Source of the DNA: Candidatus Aminicenantes bacterium
GTDB taxonomy: Bacteria > Acidobacteriota > Aminicenantia > JAMOAD01
DNA length: 64,000 nucleotides
Assembly (NCBI GenBank): GCA_035403085.1
Contig: DAONEM010000002.1
Span: forward strand, 10,876-74,875
Reading direction: 5' to 3'
Shown here piece after piece: positions 35,289-44,672 of the stretch. How positions within the stretch are numbered: the first letter of the stretch is position 1; every line of letters starts with the position of its first letter. The notes beneath the pieces are model-generated. The model saw only the letters and a program-made list of their open reading frames with translations. It did not search any database and was not told where the DNA came from. A program made the position numbers and the translations under genes.

Positions 35289-35692
35289 TCTTTTTCTCCT
35301 TGCTCTGTTTTGATGGAAACCCTCTTCCTCTTCTTGGTCTTCGGAAGGGAGACGGTGAGGACTCCCTGGGAGAAGGTGGCTTCGGTCTTCTCCTCCACAA
35401 TGGGGAGCGGGAACGATACGCTCCTTGTGAAAGAGCCGAAGGACCTCTCCAAGAGAAGGTAGGTCTCCTCGCCGTCCAGCTTCGGACGGGGTTTGACCCC
35501 TTCGAGAAGAAGGGTCTGACCGTGGATCTTCAGGTTGATCTTATCGGGCTTGACTCCGGGTAAGTTGACCCGGACGAAGTAGTGCTCTGAGGTTTCGCTG
35601 ACATCGACTGCGGGAGCGAAGCGGTGTAAACGCTCCTCGGAGAAACCGGAAACCTTCTTACTTTGGGAGGCGGGGCGTTGTTTACTGCTCAT
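35285..35692 (-). CDS. Hsp20/alpha-crystallin small heat-shock protein
   Basis: ACD core FAPAVDVSETSEHYFVRVNLPGVKPDKINLKI...GVLTVSLPK. Stop overlaps the lon ATG (ATGA). Confidence 0.85.
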   Translation of the reverse strand: MSSKQRPASQSKKVSGFSEERLHRFAPAVDVSETSEHYFVRVNLPGVKPDKINLKIHGQTLLLEGVKPRPKLDGEETYLLLERSFGSFTRSVSFPLPIVEEKTEATFSQGVLTVSLPKTKKRKRVSIKTEQGEKE

Positions 35693-36164
35693 GATCGGGT
35701 TCTCCCCCTCTTCTTCTATTCTTGAGAGACTTTAACTCCTTCTCAAACTCCGCGATGTCCCGGAAATCCTTATACACCGAGGCAAAACGGACGTAAGAGA
35801 CCTTGTCGATCCTTCTTAATTCCGCCATCACAAGCTCGCCGATGGTCAAGGAACGGACCTCGCGGTTTCCGGATTCGAAGAGTCGTGTCTCTACAGCGTC
35901 GGCGGCGGTTTCGATCTCCTGGGCGCTGACGGGCCGCTTTTCACACGCCTTCAAGAGCCCCTTAACGATCTTCTCGCGGTCGTAAGGCTCTCTCTCGCCG
36001 TTCTTCTTGACGACCAGCAGAGGCCGCTCTTCGATTCTTTCGTAGGTCGTGAAGCGGGCGCCGCAGTGGAGGCACTCCCTTCGCCGACGGGTCTCCCACC
36101 CGTTCTTAACCTCTCGGGTGTCGAGAACCTTGATCTGGTCCTTCTTGCAGAAAGGGCATCTCAC
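35682..36164 (-). CDS. nrdR: Transcriptional repressor NrdR (zinc ribbon + ATP-cone); GTG start
   Basis: MRCPFC...RRRECLHCGARFTTYE zinc ribbon, ATP-cone VVKKNGEREPYDREKI...RFASVY. GTGA overlap with the upstream gene. Confidence 0.9.
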   Translation of the reverse strand: MRCPFCKKDQIKVLDTREVKNGWETRRRRECLHCGARFTTYERIEERPLLVVKKNGEREPYDREKIVKGLLKACEKRPVSAQEIETAADAVETRLFESGNREVRSLTIGELVMAELRRIDKVSYVRFASVYKDFRDIAEFEKELKSLKNRRRGGEPDHEQ

Positions 36165-37201
36165 GGTCTCTCCTCACCTCTGCGAAGGGCCAGGCGGAAG
36201 AGTCCTCCTCCTTCCCTGAAGAAGAAGGGGAGAGCGGTGAGAAAAGTGGCGAAGATCAGGGAAAAGTGGAAGAGAATCGTTGCCGCCGCGGCCTTGTTGG
36301 CCTCCATTCCGTAGAGACCCGTCAAGGCCAGCTGAGAGAGGGCCTCGAATCCACCGACCATACCGGGGGTGGGGATCGAAGAGCCGGCCAGGAGCGCCAC
36401 CACGTAGGGGATTATGGCAAAGGGTTTCATGGTGAGGGCGAAGTCCCAGAGGCCGACCCAATAGGAGGCGGCGATGAAGACCCACACCATGAGGGAGTGA
36501 AAGAGGATGGCCCCCTTGTGGGGGTTGCCGAAGAAAGAGATCACCCCTTGGAGAAACCTCTCTCCCGTTTCCGCCAGAGGCTTAGCCCAACGGGCCGGAC
36601 AAAACCGGTGAACCCAACGGGTCCAGAGGGCCAGGGACCTCTCGCCTCCCCGGTAGAGGAAGAAGAGGAAGATTGCGATGGAGAGCAAGAAAAGAAAGGC
36701 CAGGAGGCTTCCCTTGGAGATCAGCGTCAAGACGGTCGGTTCCGAGGAGAAGGAGCCCATGAGGCTCTTGCGGAAGGGGAAGAAGAGGCCTGCCAGAAAG
36801 ACCGTCGCCCCAAGGTCGAGCAGTCTCTCCAGGACGACTGTGGCGAAGGTGTAACTGGTGCTGAGCCCCCCCTTGCGGCCGAGGAGATAGGCCCTCAGCC
36901 ACTCTCCGATACGGCCGGGGAGAAGGTAGTTGAAGGCGAAGCCCAAGGAGGTGGAAGAGAAGACATCGCCCAGGGAGACCTTCTCTTTTCCCAGAAGGAG
37001 TCTCCATCGGAGGCTCCGGAAGTAGTACTGCAGCGGCATGAAGAGGAACATGGTCCAAAGCCAACGGATCTTTGTGCCGGTGATATGGGCGCCCACTTGA
37101 GAGAAGTCGAGGCTTCGAAAAAAGAAAAACAGGAGCAACCCGATGAGGGCGACGAGAAGGATAGGCTTAATGGACCTCTTCATGGAGTCATAAAGTACCA
37201 T
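36161..37201 (-). CDS. UPF0104 / lysylphosphatidylglycerol-synthase-TM (flippase-like) family membrane protein
   Basis: About 8 TM segments, basic-loop pattern typical of LPG_synthase_TM proteins. Confidence 0.6.
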   Translation of the reverse strand: MVLYDSMKRSIKPILLVALIGLLLFFFFRSLDFSQVGAHITGTKIRWLWTMFLFMPLQYYFRSLRWRLLLGKEKVSLGDVFSSTSLGFAFNYLLPGRIGEWLRAYLLGRKGGLSTSYTFATVVLERLLDLGATVFLAGLFFPFRKSLMGSFSSEPTVLTLISKGSLLAFLFLLSIAIFLFFLYRGGERSLALWTRWVHRFCPARWAKPLAETGERFLQGVISFFGNPHKGAILFHSLMVWVFIAASYWVGLWDFALTMKPFAIIPYVVALLAGSSIPTPGMVGGFEALSQLALTGLYGMEANKAAAATILFHFSLIFATFLTALPFFFREGGGLFRLALRRGEERP

Positions 37202-37276
37202 ACCTGGGAAAGAAAAGTCAAATATTCCTCACTATTTGCCGGAAGAGAGGGAAAATTATTCGAAAACAGGGGGATC

Positions 37277-38497
37277 CTAGGGGAGAAGGGAGAGGATTTT
37301 CCCCCTGCCGACTCCGGTCATTTCCACAAAAACACCCTCTCTTTCCGTAGAAATCTCCTTTCCAACCTGAACTTCCATGTAGTTTTCGGTCAAAACCTCT
37401 CCGGCGCGGATGATCACCCCTTTGAGAACCCTACCCACCTCCCGGCGGCAGAAGAGGGAGAACCTCTCCTCGTGGAAACGACGGAGCCTCTGCACGCGCT
37501 CTTTCACCGAAGCGGAGTGGGGCCGTTTGAGAAGGGCGGCGGGAGTTCCCGGCCTTGGCGAGTAGGGAAAGATGTGCAAGTAATCCAGGGGAGATCCCTC
37601 CAAAAAGGCGAGCCCCTCCTGGAACTCCTCTTCCCCCTCACCGGGAAAGCCGACGATGTAGTCCGCCGCCAGGAGACGGTCCTCTTTCTTTGCCAGGAGG
37701 GAGAGAATTCGGCTGTACCGGTCCGCCTCTTCGGGCCTGCCCATGGCCCGAAGGATCTTGGGGCTCCCGTTCTGGAGGGAGAGGTGAAAATGGGCGGCCA
37801 CCCGGGGCTCAGAGACGAGAAAACCGGCTAACCTGGGAGAGAAGGCTCGGGGGTCTAAGGATGTGAGGCGGAGGTAGAAGGAGGGAGAGAGGGCGAGGAG
37901 TCTCTCGAGAAGGCGGAGGAAGCCCTCGTCGACGCCCTCCTCCCGTCGGTAGGTAAGGATGTTGATCCCGGTCACGACGATCTCCCGGTGACCCAGGCGG
38001 AGAAGCTGCCGGAGGCGCTCCTCAACGGCCTCTTCGGCCAGACTCCTCGCCGGCCCCCTTACAGAGGGGATGATGCAGTATCGGCACCGGTAGTCGCACC
38101 CGTCGTTGATCTTGAGAAACCCCCTGGCCAGCGTCGGCGTGGGTGTGGAGAGAGGGGCCGCCGGAGCGGAGATGAGAGTCTCCGGGAGGGAGTCCTTCGC
38201 CTCGTTCGGGAAGACGAGATCGACTCCCTCGTCAGAGAGGAAGGTCTGGTGGGTGTGGACGAAGCACCCCGCCACAACCAGGCGGGTCCGGGGGGATCCC
38301 TTGCGCACCTGACGGATGAAGCGGCGGATCTCCGCGTCCGCCCTCTGGGTGAGTGTGCATCCGTTGATCAGGAGGTAGTCGCTCCCCTTCCAGGAGGGGA
38401 GGAAGGTCCATCCGGCCTCCTGGAGACGCTGGATCCAGAGAGAGGTTTCGGCCTGGTTGAGGCGGCAGCCGAAGTTAGAGGCGGAAAAAGTGGGCAT
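37277..38497 (-). CDS. Radical-SAM methylthiotransferase of the MiaB/RimO/MtaB family (MtaB-like size)
   Basis: N-terminal MTTase Cys triad (GCRLN..., INGCTLT, VAGC), radical-SAM CDYRCRYC, C-terminal TRAM-like domain. Confidence 0.8.
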   Translation of the reverse strand: MPTFSASNFGCRLNQAETSLWIQRLQEAGWTFLPSWKGSDYLLINGCTLTQRADAEIRRFIRQVRKGSPRTRLVVAGCFVHTHQTFLSDEGVDLVFPNEAKDSLPETLISAPAAPLSTPTPTLARGFLKINDGCDYRCRYCIIPSVRGPARSLAEEAVEERLRQLLRLGHREIVVTGINILTYRREEGVDEGFLRLLERLLALSPSFYLRLTSLDPRAFSPRLAGFLVSEPRVAAHFHLSLQNGSPKILRAMGRPEEADRYSRILSLLAKKEDRLLAADYIVGFPGEGEEEFQEGLAFLEGSPLDYLHIFPYSPRPGTPAALLKRPHSASVKERVQRLRRFHEERFSLFCRREVGRVLKGVIIRAGEVLTENYMEVQVGKEISTEREGVFVEMTGVGRGKILSLLP

Positions 38498-38990
38498 AAA
38501 GTGAGAGTTCCTTCTCCATCTCCGAGGAATCTTTAATGATTTTCTCCTTCTGCTGTTGCCTGTAGAGGGAGATCTTCTCTTTCAGGGCTTGATCGTGAAG
38601 GGCCAACACGGAAAAGGCGAAGAGAACGGCGTTCTTCACTCCGGCCTTACCGATGGCCATAGAGGCGACAGGGATTCCCCCGGGCATCTGAACAATGGAG
38701 AAGAGGGAATCGATTCCCTTCAGCTCCGTCGAGGGGAGGGGGACTCCGATGACCGGGAGGGTTGTGAAGGAGGCGATGACCCCCGGAAGGTGGGCCGCCG
38801 CGCCGGCAAGGCCGATGATGATCTCCACTCCCTTCTCCTCCATCTTCTTGACGATCTCTTTGGTCCGTTCCGCGGTGCGGTGGGCCGAAGAGATTTGAAC
38901 CGTAAAGGGGACGTTGAAATCCTGGAAGAGAGGGAGGGAACCCTCCAGGAAGGAGAGGTCTGACTTGCTGCCGAGAACGATACCGATCAT
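38475..38990 (-). CDS. purE: 5-(carboxyamino)imidazole ribonucleotide mutase
   Basis: IVLGSKSD...IIGLAGAAAHLPGV...GVPLPS. Confidence 0.9.
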   Translation of the reverse strand: MIGIVLGSKSDLSFLEGSLPLFQDFNVPFTVQISSAHRTAERTKEIVKKMEEKGVEIIIGLAGAAAHLPGVIASFTTLPVIGVPLPSTELKGIDSLFSIVQMPGGIPVASMAIGKAGVKNAVLFAFSVLALHDQALKEKISLYRQQQKEKIIKDSSEMEKELSLYAHFFRL

Positions 38991-40261
38991 GTCTTCTCCT
39001 CAACACCGATGTCGTTGCGGTAGTTCATGCCTTCGAAGGAGACGAAGGAGACGGCCGTGTAAATCTTCTCCATCACCGTTTGCAGAGAGGGGGCGGTGGC
39101 ACAGACGTTCAGCACCCGGCCTCCGGAGGTTAAGAACTTGGAGTCTCTCTTCTCGGTTCCCGCGTGGAAGATCTGGACCCCCTCCATCATGGTTCCCCTG
39201 CTGAGGCCGTAGATCTCCTTCCCGGTCTCGTAACGCTCCGGATACCCTCCGGAGGCGAGGACGACGGTGCCCGAGGCGTTCATGCTCCAATCGATGTCAA
39301 CGTCCGAGAGGCTGTTGTTGACGATTCCGAGGAAGATTTCCAGCAGGTCGCTTTGGAGACGGAGCATGATGGTCTGCGTCTCGGGGTCGCCGAAACGGCA
39401 GTTGAACTCGAGAACCTTGGGACCTTGGGGGGTCATCATCAGACCCGCGTAGAGGACTCCTTTAAAAAGTCTTGATTCCTGGGCCATCCCGAAGACCGTC
39501 GGCATGATGATCGTTTCCATGACCATGCGGATGGAGGCGTAGTCGATGAAGGGAGAGGGGGAGATGGCCCCCATGCCTCCCGTGTTGGGTCCTGCGTTGC
39601 CGTTGTCCCTTCGCTTGTAATCCTTGCTGGTGACCATGGGGAAGGCCCTCTTGCCGTCGCTGAAGACCATGAACGAGGTCTCCTGTCCGGTGAGGAACTC
39701 TTCCAGGATCAGCCTCTCTCCGGCACCGCCGAATTCCTTGGAGACCATGATCTTCTCTACGGCCTTGACGGCCTCCTCTTTGGAGGAGACGACGATGACC
39801 CCTTTCCCCGCGGCCAAGCCATCGGCCTTGATGACGAAGGGATAGGAGAAACGTCCTCTTTCGATGGCGCTCATAGCCTCTTGGGGAGTGTTGGCGACGA
39901 GAAAGTCCGCCGTTGGAATCTCGTACTTCCTCATGAACTCTTTGGAGAAGACCTTGCTCCCTTCGAGAAGGGCGGCCCTCTGGGAGGGGCCGAAGATCTT
40001 CAGCCCTTTCTTCTCGAAGAGGTCCACGATCCCGGCCGCCAGGGGAGCCTCCGGTCCGACCACGGTCAGGTCGATCTCCTTCTCCTTGGCGAACTGGAGG
40101 AGGCTTTGGCCGTCGTTGACGGAGAGGTGGACCCTGGTGGCGATTTCGTCCATGCCCCCGTTCCCTGGAGCCACGTAGATCTGTTTAATGTCGGGATTCT
40201 GGGAGAGCTTCCAGATCAGGGCGTGTTCTCGGCCGCCTCCGCCGATGACGAAAATTTTCAT
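38987..40261 (-). CDS. purD: Phosphoribosylamine-glycine ligase
   Basis: MKIFVIGGGGREHAL..., ATP-grasp core. RBS AAGGAGGCTCA. Confidence 0.9.
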   Translation of the reverse strand: MKIFVIGGGGREHALIWKLSQNPDIKQIYVAPGNGGMDEIATRVHLSVNDGQSLLQFAKEKEIDLTVVGPEAPLAAGIVDLFEKKGLKIFGPSQRAALLEGSKVFSKEFMRKYEIPTADFLVANTPQEAMSAIERGRFSYPFVIKADGLAAGKGVIVVSSKEEAVKAVEKIMVSKEFGGAGERLILEEFLTGQETSFMVFSDGKRAFPMVTSKDYKRRDNGNAGPNTGGMGAISPSPFIDYASIRMVMETIIMPTVFGMAQESRLFKGVLYAGLMMTPQGPKVLEFNCRFGDPETQTIMLRLQSDLLEIFLGIVNNSLSDVDIDWSMNASGTVVLASGGYPERYETGKEIYGLSRGTMMEGVQIFHAGTEKRDSKFLTSGGRVLNVCATAPSLQTVMEKIYTAVSFVSFEGMNYRNDIGVEEKT

Positions 40262-40326
40262 TGAGCCTCCTTGGAGGGAATCGGTCCAATTTTACCACAG
40301 AGAGGGGATGGGGGAAAAGGGGCGGG

Positions 40327-41298
40327 TCAGAGAGGGGGAAGACCTTCCAGGTAGTGTCGAACCCTGAAGAGGCCCTTGCCGTCGACGAGCTCCCGGCCGC
40401 GGCGGAGATGTTCCGTGCGAAGGACTCTGCCGGAGAGGTAAGGGGAGAGCTTTTCCAGGAGGGAGTCTGGAGTGATCTCTTCGAGAAGCCCGCCGGAGAG
40501 TCCGAACCCTTCCTTGACAAGACTCTCCGCGGCGAAGCCCTGGAGGGAATCTTTCGCCAGGAGGAGAGAGGGGGTTCCGCAACAAGCCGCCTCGTAAAAG
40601 GAGATTCCTCCGCAGACCAGGGCGATGTCGGCCTCGTAGTAACGGCGGGCCGTGTCGGGCAGAGAGCCCGCGACGAGCCTGACCGAGGGGAAACTCTTGC
40701 GGAAGAGACGCCTCTCCCGAGAGCTCTTCCCGAACCCCCAGGCCAGGGTCAGGGTAAAGCCCTCCCTCAGGAGGGGCTCGACGAAGAGGCGCAGTGTGGA
40801 GGTGTCGCACCACCCTCCCAGGGAGAGGAAGATCCGCCGGACTCGGCGGGGGACCTTCCTGGGGGCGTCGTGAAAATGGATGTACCTTGGGGAGAGAAGA
40901 AAGTACTCCGGCCCCAAGAGTTTTACCGGCCTCTCCCCTTCATCGTAGGGGTAAAGGGCCTTCAGATGGCCGTCTACCACGGTGTCGCAGGAGGTTTTGG
41001 CGAGTCCGAGGTCCTGAAGGGAGAGGTGGTGAAAGGCGCGGGCTTTGACCACCTCAAGGAGGGGAAGGTGCTCCTCGGGGTGGCGCAGGTCGGTCACCAG
41101 GAGGTACCCTTCCTGGGGGAGCGTCTCCGGCGAAAGGGGCTGAAACCCTCTCTTTGAGAGAAAGGCACGGCTTTCGGCGGAGACGGCGAGGAAAGCGACC
41201 TCTTGCCGGCTCTTCATCTCCCTTGCCAGAGTCGTGCTCCGGACAAGGTGTCCCGAACCGATGGCGGCCCCTCCTTCGGCCCAGAAGAGAACCCTCAT
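40327..41298 (-). CDS. PseG/SpsG-family glycosyltransferase-like protein (UDP-sugar hydrolase, pseudaminic-acid-type)
   Basis: MRVLFWAEGGAAIGSGHLVRSTTLA N-terminus, C-terminal GT-B nucleotide half (ADIALVCGG...). Confidence 0.55.
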   Translation of the reverse strand: MRVLFWAEGGAAIGSGHLVRSTTLAREMKSRQEVAFLAVSAESRAFLSKRGFQPLSPETLPQEGYLLVTDLRHPEEHLPLLEVVKARAFHHLSLQDLGLAKTSCDTVVDGHLKALYPYDEGERPVKLLGPEYFLLSPRYIHFHDAPRKVPRRVRRIFLSLGGWCDTSTLRLFVEPLLREGFTLTLAWGFGKSSRERRLFRKSFPSVRLVAGSLPDTARRYYEADIALVCGGISFYEAACCGTPSLLLAKDSLQGFAAESLVKEGFGLSGGLLEEITPDSLLEKLSPYLSGRVLRTEHLRRGRELVDGKGLFRVRHYLEGLPPL

Positions 41299-42476
41299 GG
41301 GACGATGAGCTCCGACGGGCGGACCATGGTAACCCCCGATTGCTTGAGGAGTTCGGGAAGGCGCCGAAGAATGACCGCGAGAGTCTCCTCTTTGGGGTGG
41401 CCGATCCCTAAGGCGGTGCCGTTCTTCTTGGCCAGGGCGAGGAGGTGCCGGAAGTTCAGCAGGGTCATCTCTTCGCTCTCCCCGTCGACGAAGACATCCC
41501 GAACCAAGGAAGGGACTCTCATGTGTCGGGCCTCCTCGAAGGCGACGCTCTTGCCCGAGGTTCGGCTGTCGACGAAGAGAAGCCCGTGACGGGAGAGAGT
41601 CTCGAGAACGGTTCTCATCTTTTCCCGGTCCTGGGTGAAGAGGGAGCCGGTATGGTTGTTGGCCCCCACGGCTCCGGGGACGCGTTCAAGGAAGACCTCC
41701 AGGTAGTTTTGTAAAAGCTCCTTTCTCATGGAAACTTTAAGGAAGCCCTCTAAGTCCATGGAGTTGCCGTTGGATGGTATCGGTTCCATGGGGATGTGAA
41801 GCCAGATCTCTTTTCCTCTTTTCTTGGCGGTCTCGATGGATTCGTCCCGGTAGGGGGAATCCGGGAGGATGGAGAGCGCCAGAGGAAGAGGGGACGAGGC
41901 GAGGAGCCTCGTGGTGTCCGCGCTGTTCCCGATGTCGTCGATGATCAGGGCCACCCTGGGGGAAGGGGTGATGGGCTTCGCCTTCACGGGGGGGCTCTTG
42001 AAGACGACAAGAATGGCAACAAGGCTTTCCCGGCTCTTCTCGGGAAAGATCTCCCAGAGGTAACGTTTCTCCTCTTCCAGGACCTTCGCGGAGAGGAGGT
42101 ACCCTTTCCGGTGGAAGAAGAGGGTGAACTTCTCTTGAAGAAGGGGGTAATCCTGTGGGTCCGCGAGGGTTTTGAAGAGCAGGCGTCCCTTCTCGGCGGT
42201 TTCGCTGAACTCGAGGTTGTTGAGGAAGAGAAAATCCTCCACCGCCGTCTTGAGCTCCCTCTCAGGGGAAGGGGCTTTCTCCCTGGAGGGTTCCACCTTC
42301 TGGGTGACGGCGGAGCGGCGTACCGGAGGGCGACGTCGGAGGGAGTCCTTCTCCCGGGGGAGGTGGGAGAGGAAGAGGAGGATCACTCCCAGAGAGAGGA
42401 TAAAAATCGCCAGGGTTACCCAGAGGACAACCGGGGCTTTACTTCTTTTTCGGCGGAAGCTTTTGGATTTTTTCAT
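41295..42476 (-). CDS. Divergent polysaccharide deacetylase family protein (YibQ-like), membrane-anchored
   Basis: N-terminal TM. ALIIDDIGNS...ILPDSPY...HIPMEP...ANNHTGS pattern of YibQ/Polysacc_deac_2. Confidence 0.7.
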   Translation of the reverse strand: MKKSKSFRRKRSKAPVVLWVTLAIFILSLGVILLFLSHLPREKDSLRRRPPVRRSAVTQKVEPSREKAPSPERELKTAVEDFLFLNNLEFSETAEKGRLLFKTLADPQDYPLLQEKFTLFFHRKGYLLSAKVLEEEKRYLWEIFPEKSRESLVAILVVFKSPPVKAKPITPSPRVALIIDDIGNSADTTRLLASSPLPLALSILPDSPYRDESIETAKKRGKEIWLHIPMEPIPSNGNSMDLEGFLKVSMRKELLQNYLEVFLERVPGAVGANNHTGSLFTQDREKMRTVLETLSRHGLLFVDSRTSGKSVAFEEARHMRVPSLVRDVFVDGESEEMTLLNFRHLLALAKKNGTALGIGHPKEETLAVILRRLPELLKQSGVTMVRPSELIVP

Positions 42477-43530
42477 GGAAGAAGGGCTCCGGATTTTTCA
42501 ACACCCTCTCCAGGGAGAGGGCGGGGCTTGGGGTGACCCCCTTCCCCTGAACCTGGGGGGGGCACTCGGAGAGAACCAACAGAAGAGAACCGTCGGAGAA
42601 ACCAAGGGAAGAGAAGAGGCCGCACTCCCCCCGGGTGGTCTCCCCGTAGAGGGGGGCACCGGCCTCCTTGAGGGCGGCGGCGAGGAGTTCCGCCTCCTCC
42701 CCGGTCGTTGAATCGACCAGAGCGGCGACCTTAGGGATTCTCTTCATCTTGGGAGAGAGCCTCAGGAGCCTCTCCCCCTTCGGTCCCCTGAGCTTCAGAG
42801 TCACCTCTCTGGGGAGGAGGCTTTGAAGGAAGGGGATGGCCTGGAGAGGGTGGCAGAAGAAGAGATGCCTCAGGTCTACGAGGAGGTAGGGGGTCTTGAG
42901 ATCCTCCAGGGCCTTGTCCAGGGAGCGTTGGTCTTCGGAGGAGCGGAGGAAGAGGGGGGTCAGGATGGAGACCGCTCCGCGGCGCTCGAGCGAAAAGGGA
43001 GAACCATCGGTCTTGAGGGAGAGGCGGACGGGGTCTCCCTCCTCTCCCCGGATCAGGGTCAAGGAGAGTTCCTCAGAGGGGAGGGTCATGAGCATGAGCT
43101 TGACCGTGAGGAGGGGACGGTTGTAGGTGGACCTGTCTCCGATCCTCTTGAGGATGTCCCCCTCTTGGAGGTCTCCACGGTAGTTTGGGGAGAGGTGGGC
43201 GATGACCGGAAACCCGTACCGCCTTACCAGGGTAAAAGGAGGGGCCCCTAAACGGGGAAGCTCTTCGAAGAGAGTCTTCTCCCTAGGGGAGAGGTATCCG
43301 CTCAAGCCGTCCAGATGTGAGCTCATGGAGCGCAAGGCCTCGTCGAAGACGGCGTCGGGCTTGGCGGTGTCGACGTAGTTGTTTTGGATCACCGCCGCGG
43401 CCTTGGCGACCATCTCCGCCTCTTCGGCGGCCCCGGCGGAGAGCCCTTCACGGCTCTCTCTCCAGGAGAAGAAGAAGGCCGCGGAGAGGAGGAAGCCCAG
43501 GGAGAAGAGGAAGAGGGCGAGCTTTTTCAC
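42439..43530 (-). CDS. Secreted S41 (C-terminal processing peptidase)-like protein, probably catalytically inactive
   Basis: Signal peptide. LLVDLRH and ALVDSTTGEEAELLAAALKE...YGETTRGECG align to LDLRNNPGG and LVNxGTASASEILAGALQD...GEKTFGKG of CtpA. Ala/Glu sit at the catalytic Ser and Lys positions (alignment by eye). Confidence 0.55.
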   Translation of the reverse strand: MKKLALFLFSLGFLLSAAFFFSWRESREGLSAGAAEEAEMVAKAAAVIQNNYVDTAKPDAVFDEALRSMSSHLDGLSGYLSPREKTLFEELPRLGAPPFTLVRRYGFPVIAHLSPNYRGDLQEGDILKRIGDRSTYNRPLLTVKLMLMTLPSEELSLTLIRGEEGDPVRLSLKTDGSPFSLERRGAVSILTPLFLRSSEDQRSLDKALEDLKTPYLLVDLRHLFFCHPLQAIPFLQSLLPREVTLKLRGPKGERLLRLSPKMKRIPKVAALVDSTTGEEAELLAAALKEAGAPLYGETTRGECGLFSSLGFSDGSLLLVLSECPPQVQGKGVTPSPALSLERVLKNPEPFFHEKIQKLPPKKK

Positions 43531-44672
43531 TGCCTAGCCTCCTCCCTTGAACCGAGCCATTGGAGAGGATCTTCGGGAGTCGACGCCTGACGGACCGAGA
43601 AGAAGAGGGTCTCTTTCCCTTGAAAGCCGGAACTTCCTACCAGACCGATCACCTCGCCGGAGGAGACCGTGGCGCCTTTCTCCACGAGAAAGTCCCTCAG
43701 GTGGGAGTAGAGGGTGAAGTACTTCCCGGGGTGCTCGACGATGATCGTCTGCCCGTAGGAGGCGACGTAATCCGCATAGATGACCACTCCGTTGTGTACG
43801 ACCCGCACTTTCTCTTCTCCTCGGGCCGGCGTGATTTCGATTCCCGCCGACTTCAAACGGATATTATACTTGGGATGGCGTTGGATGCCAAACTTCAAGG
43901 TGACTCTCCCTCTGATAGGCCAGGGGAGGCGGCCCTTGAGGGAGGAGATGGAGGCTCCGGCGGGGGAGGCCGTAGAGGGGGGGGCCTTGAGAAGGCTCTC
44001 CCACCTACGGAGTTGACCCTCCTTCTCCCGGATCAACCCTTGGAAGCTCTCCTTCTCGTTCTGAAGACGCCTCATCTCCGCGTCTTTCTCTCCCTTCCTC
44101 TGCTCGAGCTCGGCACGGACCCTCCTCCGATCTTCCCAGAGGCGGTTCGCCGCCTCCTCTTTTTGAGCCAGGAGCCTCTCCTGCTTCTTCTTTTCGGCAA
44201 GGAGGGAGGCGTACTCCCGGTAGGAGAGGTAGAGCTTGTCGGAAAAAGTCTGGAGGGGGCCCAGGTTCTGAAGGAGTGAGAGCGCGGAATTGCCGGAGAG
44301 GTAGAGCTCTAGAGGGCCCAGGGGTCCCCGCTTGTAGAGGACCGTTAGGACGTTCTTGAGCTGTTTTTTCCGCGCCTCTACCTGGTCGGCCAGGCGTTGG
44401 TTGCGGCGGGACGCCGCCTCCCTCTCCCTCTGGGCCTTCTTAAAATCTCTCTGGAGAAGGTTTTCCTCCTTCTGAGCGAGCTGGAGTTTCAGGTCGAGCT
44501 CTTCGAGTTGGGAGGAGAGCCCCTGTTTTCCCTCTTCCGCCGCTTTCAACCGCTCTTGAAGGAGGGAGACCTGTCTTTGAAGTTTCTCCTTCTCTTGGTC
44601 CGTACGGTTTTGGCCTACCGTTCCGAGGCTGAGGATGAGCAGAAGAAGGAGAAGAGGGGGGAGCCGTCTCAT
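43527..44672 (-). CDS. EnvC-like murein hydrolase activator: coiled coil + degenerate LytM (M23) domain
   Basis: Signal peptide, long coiled coil (LQERL..., EELDLKLQ...). C-terminal LytM-like domain lacking the HxH motif (LFFSVRQ in place of HLHFE). Confidence 0.7.
   Translation of the reverse strand: MRRLPPLLLLLLILSLGTVGQNRTDQEKEKLQRQVSLLQERLKAAEEGKQGLSSQLEELDLKLQLAQKEENLLQRDFKKAQREREAASRRNQRLADQVEARKKQLKNVLTVLYKRGPLGPLELYLSGNSALSLLQNLGPLQTFSDKLYLSYREYASLLAEKKKQERLLAQKEEAANRLWEDRRRVRAELEQRKGEKDAEMRRLQNEKESFQGLIREKEGQLRRWESLLKAPPSTASPAGASISSLKGRLPWPIRGRVTLKFGIQRHPKYNIRLKSAGIEITPARGEEKVRVVHNGVVIYADYVASYGQTIIVEHPGKYFTLYSHLRDFLVEKGATVSSGEVIGLVGSSGFQGKETLFFSVRQASTPEDPLQWLGSREEARQ

Noticed and set aside
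35692-35760. Possible heat-shock (CIRCE-like) operator TTGAGA-N14-TCTCAA upstream of hsp20
   Set aside because: Only a 6-bp imperfect inverted repeat, unlike the 9-bp CIRCE consensus TTAGCACTC-N9-GAGTGCTAA. It lies inside the nrdR coding sequence.
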